In this document: positions 54,161 through 61,320 of the stretch, one piece after another | How positions within the stretch are numbered: the first letter of the stretch is position 1 | How the letters are laid out: every line of letters begins with the position of its first letter | Assembly (NCBI GenBank): GCA_017652805.1 | Contig: JAGCAH010000156.1 | Coordinates: 1 to 61,320 of the forward strand | Origin: Thermoguttaceae bacterium | GTDB taxonomy: Bacteria > Planctomycetota > Planctomycetia > Pirellulales > Thermoguttaceae | Direction of reading: 5' to 3' | Length of the DNA: 61,320 bases | Notes under the pieces: generated by a model | The model's input: the letters and a program-made list of their open reading frames with translations, nothing else | What the model was told of the DNA's origin: nothing | The model's database searches: none | Program-made: the position numbers and the translations under genes

Positions 54161-56830
54161 ATGGAGAGTCCCGTGCCGATATTCCGTTCTTTCTTTAAAA
54201 AGCGTTCAGCTCAATCCCGCCGTCTGATTCTGGAATCGCTCGAAGACCGTCGGCTTCTGTCGGCGAACACGCCGGCCGCCGATGCGGGCGCGCTCTCCGG
54301 ACCGACCGGAGCCGCGGCGAAAATTCGTGAGCAGATTGTCATTACCACCGAACCGATCACCGCCGGCGAATTGAGTGAACTTCCCGCCTCGATTGAAACC
54401 GTTGAAGCGGGAACGACAATTTACGTTTCGATCTGGGTCAAAAATACCGACGGCAGCGCGAACGGCATATCGTCGACCTATTGCGATCTGAAGTACACTA
54501 CCGACCGCGTTACCGCGGGGACCTATACCCCCAGCCCGGTCTTCCCGCAGCTGGTCATGGCGAGCAGCTCCGCTGACGGGACCGTTTCCTTCTTCGGCGG
54601 ATCCGCCTCTCTGGGGACTTTTTACGGTGTTGATTCATGGGCGCAGACAGGAACCTATTCTTTTACGGCCGACCAGGGCGCCACGGCCACCTTCTGGAAC
54701 TGGACCCCGACGATCGACGGCCGGGAACAGCCGAGCGCCGGGACCGCGCGCCGCGGCGACGGCGTGATCTACACCGACGAGATCGATTTTTCGAGCGTTT
54801 CGATTTCGATTACCGGCGGAGGACTCGAGCCGATTACCGACGTGAACCTGACCGGCTGGAGCGGAGTCTACGACGGCGCGCCGCACACGGTGACGCTAAG
54901 CGACCCCTACGCGGCGACCGACACGATCCGTTACACCTATAACGGCGTCACATATACCGCGCCGCCGAGCTTTACCGAGGTTGGGACGTACACCGTCGGC
55001 GCGTCGGTCTCTCGCGCGGGCTATTCCGACTGGACGGGTAGCGCGACGGTCGTGATCGGCCGCGCACCGATTACCGACGTGAGCCTGACCGGCTGGAGCG
55101 GAGTCTACGACGGCGCGCCGCACACGGTGACGCTGAGCGACCCCTACGCGGCGACCGACACGATCCGCTACACCTATAACGGCGTCACATATACCGCGCC
55201 GCCGAGCTTTACCGAGGTCGGGACGTACACCGTCGGCGCGTCGGTCTCTCGCGCGGGCTATTCCGACTGGACAGGGAGCGCGACGGTCGTGATCGGCCGC
55301 GCACCGATTACCGACGTGAGCCTGGCCGGCTGGAGCGGAGTCTACGACGGCGCGCCGCACACGGTGACGCTGAGCGACCCCTACGCGGCGACCGACACGA
55401 TCCGTTACACCTATAACGGCGTCACGTATACCGCGCCTCCGAGCTTTACCGAGGTTGGGACGTACACCGTCGGCGCGTCGGTCTCTCGCGCGGGCTATTC
55501 TGACTGGACAGGGAGCGCGACGGTTGTGATCGCCGAGTCCCGGTTCGCCGACCTGACGGTGACCGGGATGACGATGCGGAGTAAATATGATCCCTCGAAA
55601 GAGATGAGCGGCTACACGGCGGATCCCGAAGACTCGCTTCAGCTTGTCTTTACCGTCGCTAATCAAGGCGAGGCGGACGTCCGTCTGCCGTTCTACAACA
55701 GCACTGCCGTCTATGATGCGTCGGGACGTCTGGTGTTTCGGCGAACCTCGTCTTCAGCCGCGCCCTATGAGTCGCTCATTTACGGCGGATATTATGACGA
55801 CGGCAGCCCCGCGCTGGCTGCGGGGGAGACGGCCGTACAGACGATCACCATTGGGAAGATGGCGGCCGGAACGTACACCGTTGTCTACTCTGTCGACAAC
55901 CGGGACAAGGTGGCCGAGTCGGACAAGACGAACAATCTCCGCAGCTGGCAGTTTACCGTGGAAGACCCGCAGTATGCTCTGGCCGCCTCGAACCTGGTCC
56001 TGACCGAAAAGGATTCCGATGAGGAACTGGTCGAAATCGAGACGACCGAAGCGATTGCCGCGCACTGGAATCTGTCGAATACCGGCGAACGGGAGTTTAC
56101 CGCGGGAAAATCGGCGATCACCTCGGCGGTCACCCTTGCCAGGCGCGCCGCCGACGGCACCTATTCCGATCTGATCTACGACGACTGCCGGTTCAGCCGG
56201 ACAGAAGGACTCTCGGTCGGAGGGACCGCGCGGACGGGGATGACGCTCGGCCGACTGGCCGCCGGAGAGTACCGTCTGACCGTTACGGTCGACCCGCGGG
56301 GGGATTACGACGCCGACCTGTCCGACAACACCCTGGTCAGGTATTTTACCGTCAGCGCTCCCGCTCCCAAGCCCGCCGAGCTGCATGTCGGGGAGCTTTC
56401 GGTCTATACCACCGAATCGGCGTATATCAGCGGATATCCGATCCTGAAGGGGACTCTGACATTTACCAACACGGGAGCGTACGCCACCGGCCTGTCATCT
56501 CCCCACATCTACACCAGGGTGACTCTCTACGACATGACACGCGGTGTGACGGTCCGGACCCACAACGGATTCGAGTACTGCTATCTTGGGTCCCTTGCTG
56601 CGGGGGAGAGCGGAACGAACGTGATCACCTTCGGCGCCCTTCCGGCCGGCGAGTACCGGCTCGATGTTCTTGTCGATTCCCACGAGCGGGTGACGCAGAC
56701 GACGCGCCTTTATAATGAAAAATCGTTCACCTTTACGGTCCCGCTGAGCGCCGCGGCCTTCTTCTTTGATCCTCTGGCCGGGACTTCGCCGGATGTCTTT
56801 GACGATTTCGAATTTTTGGAGACCCTCTGA
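54161..56830 (+). CDS. Large secreted/surface protein: ESLEDRRLL leader, cohesin-like domain, 3 tandem Ig-like repeats, ~4 CARDB-like domains
   Basis: Start taken at ATG 54161 ('MESPVPIFRSFFKKRSAQSRRLILESLEDRRLLSA'). The track GTG 53981 would add an AT-rich, promoter-like stretch. 'GTTIYVSIWVKNTDGSANGISSTYCDLKYTTDRV' is cohesin-like. Three copies of a 79-aa 'ITDV.L.GWSGVYDGAPHTVTLSDPY...GSATVVI' repeat follow. Then come 'ADLTVTG...LQLVFTVANQGEADV'-type CARDB-like modules. Domain names are by pattern only. Confidence 0.85.
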   Translation: MESPVPIFRSFFKKRSAQSRRLILESLEDRRLLSANTPAADAGALSGPTGAAAKIREQIVITTEPITAGELSELPASIETVEAGTTIYVSIWVKNTDGSANGISSTYCDLKYTTDRVTAGTYTPSPVFPQLVMASSSADGTVSFFGGSASLGTFYGVDSWAQTGTYSFTADQGATATFWNWTPTIDGREQPSAGTARRGDGVIYTDEIDFSSVSISITGGGLEPITDVNLTGWSGVYDGAPHTVTLSDPYAATDTIRYTYNGVTYTAPPSFTEVGTYTVGASVSRAGYSDWTGSATVVIGRAPITDVSLTGWSGVYDGAPHTVTLSDPYAATDTIRYTYNGVTYTAPPSFTEVGTYTVGASVSRAGYSDWTGSATVVIGRAPITDVSLAGWSGVYDGAPHTVTLSDPYAATDTIRYTYNGVTYTAPPSFTEVGTYTVGASVSRAGYSDWTGSATVVIAESRFADLTVTGMTMRSKYDPSKEMSGYTADPEDSLQLVFTVANQGEADVRLPFYNSTAVYDASGRLVFRRTSSSAAPYESLIYGGYYDDGSPALAAGETAVQTITIGKMAAGTYTVVYSVDNRDKVAESDKTNNLRSWQFTVEDPQYALAASNLVLTEKDSDEELVEIETTEAIAAHWNLSNTGEREFTAGKSAITSAVTLARRAADGTYSDLIYDDCRFSRTEGLSVGGTARTGMTLGRLAAGEYRLTVTVDPRGDYDADLSDNTLVRYFTVSAPAPKPAELHVGELSVYTTESAYISGYPILKGTLTFTNTGAYATGLSSPHIYTRVTLYDMTRGVTVRTHNGFEYCYLGSLAAGESGTNVITFGALPAGEYRLDVLVDSHERVTQTTRLYNEKSFTFTVPLSAAAFFFDPLAGTSPDVFDDFEFLETL
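54830..55531 (+). repeat. Three tandem, near-identical 237-bp (79-codon) direct repeats inside the surface-protein gene
   Basis: Copies start at 54833, 55070 and 55307 (period exactly 237 nt, in frame). By eye there are only ~6-7 substitutions between neighbouring copies, most of them synonymous third-position changes. Confidence 0.95.
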
Positions 56831-56866
56831 GAGAGAAAAACGTCTGAAAAGTAATGGAATTCTCGC

Positions 56867-56895
56867 TTGACAGGGGGATTTCTATCATTCATAAT
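56867..56895 (+). promoter_or_regulatory. Putative sigma70-type promoter (TTGACA-17 nt-CATAAT) upstream of the first DUF1559 gene
   Basis: 'TTGACA' at 56867-56872 and 'CATAAT' at 56890-56895 with an exact 17-nt spacer, ~90 nt upstream of ATG 56986. Pattern only. Confidence 0.5.
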
Positions 56896-56985
56896 TCTTC
56901 CGGCGGTTTTCCGGGGGCGAAGGGCGCGTGCAGCGCCCTTTTTTCATTTTGCCCCGGTCTTCTTTCCCTGGAAGGACAGCTTGCG

Positions 56986-58332
56986 ATGAGACGAAAAACC
57001 GGTTTTACCCTGGTTGAACTCCTGGTGGTGATCGCGATCATCGGGATTCTGATCGGTCTGCTTCTGCCGGCGGTTCAGGCGGCGCGGGAGGCGGCCCGCC
57101 GGATGAAATGTTCGAATAACCTGAAACAGCTGGCGCTGGCGGTTCACAACTATGCCGACGCGCACGGCACGTTTCCCGCGGCGAACACCGCCTACGGCGG
57201 GTATTACGGTCCGCATGCCGAGGCTTACGGGGCGACCTGGAGCTGGCAGCAGGAAGGTGCCGACGGTAAAGTTCATTATGCGGGGAATGTCGGCTGCGTC
57301 AGCGGTCTGGTGATGCTGATGCCTTTTATGGAACAGCAGGCGATCTGGGATCAGTTTGTGGAGACGGCGGAAGTCATTGCGGAAAACCAGAAGAGCATTG
57401 ATGTGAGATCGCGGTCCGGACTGATTACGTTTCCGTTCGGCGAAAGGGCGACCCGACGATCCGATGTGCCCGAGTTTCGCGGCTGTCCCACGCCCCATTG
57501 GGGGATGGGAGGGAAGACGATGACGATGCTCGGCTGTCCTTCCGACCCGCTCGGGGGAAAAGCTTCGCTTTACGCCGAGGGGAAAGTTCTGACCCCCTAT
57601 TACGCGTCCGACGAAACAGAAGGTTCGGTGGCCCCGACCTGCTATGTCTTCTGCTACGGCGACGCGCTCGACCATATCGGCGCGCCCGCTACAAAGCATT
57701 TTTTAATCACTGACGAGTACAAGGCATTGAATAACGGCACCGCCCGCCGCGCGCCGTTCGGTTCCCACTACTGGCAGACTTTTTCCGGTATCAAAGACGG
57801 TCTTTCGAATACAGTGGCTTTTTCCGAAACGATTACCGGCGAGGCGCCCTACGCCCAACCGAGCGAACAGGCCCGGTTCGAAGCGGCGCGCAACTTAAAG
57901 CATACCCCGCAGGTCGTTCCTTCGGCTCTGATCCGGCCCGCCGATTGCCTGAACTACGTTGACCCGAACGACAGTTCGCTCGGAATCTACAAATACGGCT
58001 ATGTTGGAGCCTACCGCGGCAGGATCTGGTTCGTCGGCTGCCCCGTCTTTTCGGGCTTTACGACGATTCTTCCTCCTAATTCCAAAGTCTTCTGCTCGGT
58101 TGACATTAAGCCCGCCGCGCCGATCGTCGGGGGGGCGCGGAGTTACCATCCCGGCGGGGTCAATGCGGTGATGCTCGACGGCGCGGTCCGCTTTGTGACG
58201 GACAACGTCGATACGGGTGATAACGGCAGCGATTCCGGGCTTGATCAGCCACCGCGCAACAGCGGCCGTTCCCCTTATGGTGTCTGGGGGGCGCTGGGGA
58301 GCGCCAACGGTGGGGAGTCCGCCGCCCTTTAA
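56986..58332 (+). CDS. DUF1559 (H-X9-DG) protein with type IV pilin-like N-terminal methylation/cleavage motif
   Basis: ATG 56986 lies 8 nt after 'GGAAGGA'. '[55 protein letters not shown]' (prepilin G|FTLVE motif plus a DUF1559 helix). '[19 protein letters not shown]' = H-X9-DG. C-terminal '[16 protein letters not shown]'. Confidence 0.9.
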   Translation: MRRKTGFTLVELLVVIAIIGILIGLLLPAVQAAREAARRMKCSNNLKQLALAVHNYADAHGTFPAANTAYGGYYGPHAEAYGATWSWQQEGADGKVHYAGNVGCVSGLVMLMPFMEQQAIWDQFVETAEVIAENQKSIDVRSRSGLITFPFGERATRRSDVPEFRGCPTPHWGMGGKTMTMLGCPSDPLGGKASLYAEGKVLTPYYASDETEGSVAPTCYVFCYGDALDHIGAPATKHFLITDEYKALNNGTARRAPFGSHYWQTFSGIKDGLSNTVAFSETITGEAPYAQPSEQARFEAARNLKHTPQVVPSALIRPADCLNYVDPNDSSLGIYKYGYVGAYRGRIWFVGCPVFSGFTTILPPNSKVFCSVDIKPAAPIVGGARSYHPGGVNAVMLDGAVRFVTDNVDTGDNGSDSGLDQPPRNSGRSPYGVWGALGSANGGESAAL

Positions 58333-58660
58333 GCCGTAAAAGGGTGTTTCAAGGGGAAGCCGAGCGGGAAGAGCCCGGATCGTCGGCAACCGATTCAACG
58401 AAAGAGGGACGTATGTTTTGAGGACAAAACCGCGCGAAGACCGTACTCTTCTCAAGGTTCTTAACCGTTCAATCTGTAACGAAACGGCGGGTTGTCCGTA
58501 TAATCCGGGAATCTCTGAAAAATTTTTTATTTTTCAGACAAGGTGGGTTGACCTTCTTGACCCGATATGTTAGAACGAGATAGGATCCGGGTTGTTTTTC
58601 CGGATATGATTCTTGGAAAAGAAAATTAATGTTCATTAATTTAGAAGGTTAAAGTTGGCG

Positions 58661-59128
58661 ATGTCAAAACACGTGGTTTCCCTGTTTGTCCTTTTGTCTT
58701 GCCTCTGTTTCATCTCGGCCTGCCGGAAAACGGATTATCCCGATGGGTTTCCGAAGATCCGTCCCATTCAGATCAAAGTCGTTGAGAACGGAACTCCGAT
58801 GGAAGGGGTTCAGGTCGTCGTCAGCTACAACGACCGCAATCTTGCCAAATGGCGCACTTCCGGGTTCTCCGGCGCCGACGGTGTGGTCAATCTTGCCACC
58901 CGCGGTTTCCCGGGAGCGCCGGAGGGGGATGCCGTCCTCCTTCTTGAAAAAAGGGATCCTCCGGTGAAACAGGACGCCGACGGCAAATACGTCGCCGGGA
59001 ATACCGACAACCAGCTTGACGACCGTTATTCCGACCCGGAAGAAACCCCTTTCAAAGCCTCCATCCCGAAAAAGCAGAACGGTCCGATTGTTGTTGACCT
59101 GGGGACGGAAGCCGTTTCGGCTGAATGA
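58661..59128 (+). CDS. Small lipoprotein (carboxypeptidase-regulatory-like beta-sandwich suspected)
   Basis: ATG 58661 (TTG 58655 is an alternative) after 'GAAGG'. Signal plus lipobox '[14 protein letters not shown]|RK'. '[21 protein letters not shown]' resembles CarboxypepD_reg-like strands. Sits between the two DUF1559 genes. Confidence 0.7.
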   Translation: MSKHVVSLFVLLSCLCFISACRKTDYPDGFPKIRPIQIKVVENGTPMEGVQVVVSYNDRNLAKWRTSGFSGADGVVNLATRGFPGAPEGDAVLLLEKRDPPVKQDADGKYVAGNTDNQLDDRYSDPEETPFKASIPKKQNGPIVVDLGTEAVSAE

Positions 59129-59220
59129 CGGGCCGCAACGCACCGGATATCGATACGGGGGAGTGTTTTTTCCCGTTTCATTTATTCATAGTTTTTACTT
59201 CGTTTTTGGAGAATTGTAAG

Positions 59221-60504
59221 ATGTCGAAAGTCTCTGTAAAGAAGAGCGGCTTTACCCTGGTCGAACTTCTGGTGGTGATTGCCATCATCGGAATTCTGAT
59301 CGGGCTTCTGCTGCCGGCGGTACAGGCGGCGCGGGAAGCGGCCCGCCGCATGAAATGCTCGAACAACTTGAAGCAGCTGGCGCTGGCGGTCCACAGCTAC
59401 GCCGATGCCAACGATGCCTTCCCGGCGGCGAATACCGGCTACGGCGGGTACGGACCCGATACGTCATGGGGGCAGACCGGAATTGCCGGAAACGTGGGTA
59501 TTGTCAGCGGTTTTGTGATGCTGATGCCCTACATGGAGCAGACGCAGATTTGGGATAAGTTCGTCGAGACGGCGACCCGCATCAAAGAGAACGGCACGGT
59601 TAACGCGCTCATTGTCATGCCGATGGGGGAACTGTCTCTCAGCGCGTATCCCGGCTGTGCCAACTGCCCCATCCCGCACTGGGGCGAGGGGGGGGCGGCC
59701 ATGACGATGCTCGGCTGCCCGTCCGACCCGCTCGCGGGGAAACCGGTTCTCTGGGACGAAGGGCGTTCCATTCTCAGCTACTACGGAACCGAGGAAGAAG
59801 CTGCAACAGCTCCCACGTCGTACGCTTTCTGCTACGGCGACGCCTACGGCGACAATTTCGTCCAGGGGGCCGCCGGCACGAACAAGGCTTGGACAAGTCC
59901 CGCGACGCAGGACGGGAAGAACGGCGGAACCGCCCGCCGTGCGCCGTTCGGTTCGCACTACTGGCAGACTTTCTCTGGGATCAAAGACGGCACGTCGAAC
60001 ACGATCGCGTTCTGTGAGTTCATCTCCGGCGAGGCTCCCTACTCTCAGGCGAGTGCCGGAGCCCGAAACCTTAAAGTCACCCCCCAGATCATGGGGCAGA
60101 CAGCAAAGCCTTCATCCTGTCTCAATCTGGTCGATTCGGACGATTCGACCATGGGAATCCTGGGCTATGGTCATCTCGGCCTCTACCGCGGCAAGATCTG
60201 GTTTGCCGGCACCCCGCTCTTCTCCGGGTTTACGACGATCCTTCCGCCGAACTCGAAGGTTTTCTGCTCGACGGTCTTTGCACCGGCTTCGTCGATCGTC
60301 GGCGGCGCGCGGAGCAACCATTCCGGCGGCGTGAACGCCTCGATGCTGGACGGTTCGGTCCGCTTCATCACCAACAACGTCGATACCGGCGACGGTGAGA
60401 CGGACGGCGGGCTTGACGTGATGCCGCAGACAACCGGCCGTTCTCCCTACGGTGTCTGGGGCGCGCTGGGAACCGCTAACGGCGGCGAAAGCAAGTCGAT
60501 CTGA
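59221..60504 (+). CDS. DUF1559 (H-X9-DG) protein with type IV pilin-like N-terminus (paralogue 2)
   Basis: ATG 59221 lies 8 nt after 'GGAGA'. '[54 protein letters not shown]'. '[19 protein letters not shown]' = H-X9-DG. '[16 protein letters not shown]'. Confidence 0.9.
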   Translation: MSKVSVKKSGFTLVELLVVIAIIGILIGLLLPAVQAAREAARRMKCSNNLKQLALAVHSYADANDAFPAANTGYGGYGPDTSWGQTGIAGNVGIVSGFVMLMPYMEQTQIWDKFVETATRIKENGTVNALIVMPMGELSLSAYPGCANCPIPHWGEGGAAMTMLGCPSDPLAGKPVLWDEGRSILSYYGTEEEAATAPTSYAFCYGDAYGDNFVQGAAGTNKAWTSPATQDGKNGGTARRAPFGSHYWQTFSGIKDGTSNTIAFCEFISGEAPYSQASAGARNLKVTPQIMGQTAKPSSCLNLVDSDDSTMGILGYGHLGLYRGKIWFAGTPLFSGFTTILPPNSKVFCSTVFAPASSIVGGARSNHSGGVNASMLDGSVRFITNNVDTGDGETDGGLDVMPQTTGRSPYGVWGALGTANGGESKSI

Positions 60505-60512
60505 ATTCTTTC

Positions 60513-60552
60513 CGCGGCAGGCGCCTTTCCGGTTCCTGCCGCGTTTTTGTTT
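60513..60552 (+). terminator. Intrinsic terminator after the second DUF1559 gene
   Basis: CGCGGCAGG-13 nt-CCTGCCGCG followed by TTTTTGTTT, starting 9 nt after the stop. Confidence 0.7.
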
Positions 60553-60886
60553 CGGTTCCTCCGCCGAAAGGTTCGTTCGGAACCGGGGCGTTCGGATGCG
60601 GAAGGCCTGATTGGTACGGAACGCGAACCCATCCTCGACGCGATGGTTTCAGTTCGCAAAATCGTAAAGACCTGAAGGTTTTTATAGAACGCGTTGTTTT
60701 TATCAAACAAACCCGGTATAACCCATTGTGCGGTTTTCCGGTTGTTTTGCGTGTATCGGCGTTCTTTTGCGCCGGCTGTTTCGGACAGAAAATGATCCGG
60801 CGTTTTCTCTTGGGAATTGGCACCGCCGGACATAAACATGATGATTCGTTTCCCGTTTTTGTTATTTTTATCGAAAGGAAAAACAT

Positions 60887-61320
60887 ATGAAAAAGATTCG
60901 CGAACGTTCACTCCGCATGGAAAGTCTTGAAGACCGCATGCTCCTGGCGGTGACCGCCGGGGGATTCGAAACAGCCGCCGCCGCTTATGCAGCGGCCGAT
61001 CCGCTTCCGACGGACGCGACGCAGCTGGCGACGCCGACCGGTCTTGACGCGACCTGCGCCGCGAAAAACACGCTCAACGTGACGTGGAACGCCGTTTCCA
61101 ATGCGTCGAGTTACACCGTCTACTACAAAGCGACGACCGCAACGGCGTGGCGCTCGTCCTCCCCGGCGACGAACTCGGTCACGCTCCGCGGTCTGGTGGC
61201 GTCGAACGCGTACAACATCAAGGTTGTGGCGGTCGGCGACGGGACGAACTACACCAACTCGGAAGAGTCGGCGACGATCACCCGTATTCCGTCGACCGGC
61301 GTCAGCACGGTGGTGACGAC
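60887..61320 (+). CDS. Secreted protein with ESLEDRMLL leader and fibronectin type III-like domain (3' end outside window)
   Basis: Not in the ORF track because there is no stop before the window end. ATG 60887 follows an 'AAAGGAA' SD. Hand translation gives MKKIRERSLRMESLEDRMLLAVTAGGFETAAAAYAAADPLPTDATQLATPTGLDATCAAKNTLNVTWNAVSNASSYTVYYKATTATAWRSSSPATNSVTLRGLVASNAYNIKVVAVGDGTNYTNSEES..., open to 61320. 'L.VTWNAV..ASSY.V.Y' is FN3-like. Confidence 0.8.
   Translation, partial: MKKIRERSLRMESLEDRMLLAVTAGGFETAAAAYAAADPLPTDATQLATPTGLDATCAAKNTLNVTWNAVSNASSYTVYYKATTATAWRSSSPATNSVTLRGLVASNAYNIKVVAVGDGTNYTNSEESATITRIPSTGVSTVVT

Noticed and set aside
54830-55531. Possible CRISPR array or mobile-element repeats
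   Set aside because: The repeats are 237 nt long, directly abutting with no spacers. They are in frame and encode a conserved protein module. No cas genes, leader or transposase are present.
54896-55666. 256-aa minus-strand ORF with internal repeats
   Set aside because: Its repetitiveness simply mirrors the three 237-bp repeats of the plus-strand surface-protein gene. The product is Arg-rich and antisense.
60447-60911. 154-aa and 136-aa minus-strand ORFs in the spacer after the second DUF1559 gene
   Set aside because: They overlap the DUF1559 3' end and the terminator hairpin. They have a basic low-complexity composition and no SD or start context.
61101-61316. 71-aa plus-strand ORF from the track
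   Set aside because: It is an Arg-rich alternative frame inside the FN3-like gene that starts at 60887.

Overview
GC-rich bacterial chromosome segment, best explained as a PVC-superphylum genome, most likely Planctomycetota. Supporting this, it carries two DUF1559 'H-X9-DG' pseudopilin-like genes, secreted proteins with an N-terminal 'ESLEDRxLL' leader, a tandem DUF1080 protein and an FGE/SUMF1-type gene. Layout: 1-7.3 kb (+) is the distal spc/alpha ribosomal operon (rpsE' -rplO-secY-adk-map-rpmJ-rpsM-rpsK-rpsD-rpoA-rplQ, with no rpmD and no infA). 7.4-10.6 kb (+) holds an HExxH mini-protein and a YfhO-like membrane protein. 10.7-24.1 kb (-) is a housekeeping block: mtnA, purE, proS, rhomboid, dapF, the sulfate ABC system (sbp-cysTWA), der, an active-site-degenerate ketosynthase homologue and tmk. 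24.5-27.8 kb (+) holds a GT2-like gene and leuCD. 27.8-39.0 kb (-) holds two Sel1-repeat proteins, an SBF-family transporter, rpsF-ssb-rplI (no rpsR), pth, ctc, prs, a PQQ-propeller protein with a polyacidic tail and an aldolase-like protein. 39.3-44.7 kb (+) holds dxr-rseP, an FGE-family protein and a His/Pro-rich mini-protein. 44.9-50.3 kb (-) holds an MBL hydrolase, an MMPL/RND transporter and a GalK-like kinase::GalU-like nucleotidyltransferase fusion. 50.5-61.3 kb (+) holds DUF1080 x2, tRNA-Met(CAT), a porin-like OMP, an 889-aa surface protein with three near-identical 237-bp repeats, a DUF1559 - lipoprotein - DUF1559 cassette, and the start of a second ESLEDR-leader FN3 protein. I saw no rRNA, CRISPR array, transposase or integrase. 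The best candidates for undescribed biology are (i) the envelope/surface gene island downstream of the tRNA (52.4-61.3 kb), including the ESLEDRxLL leader and the pseudopilin-like cassette; (ii) the kinase::nucleotidyltransferase fusion next to MMPL and MBL genes; and (iii) a stand-alone ketosynthase homologue lacking its catalytic Cys. All homology calls come from by-eye motif recognition and no database search was run. Many long ORFs in the supplied track are antisense artefacts of the GC-rich sequence.
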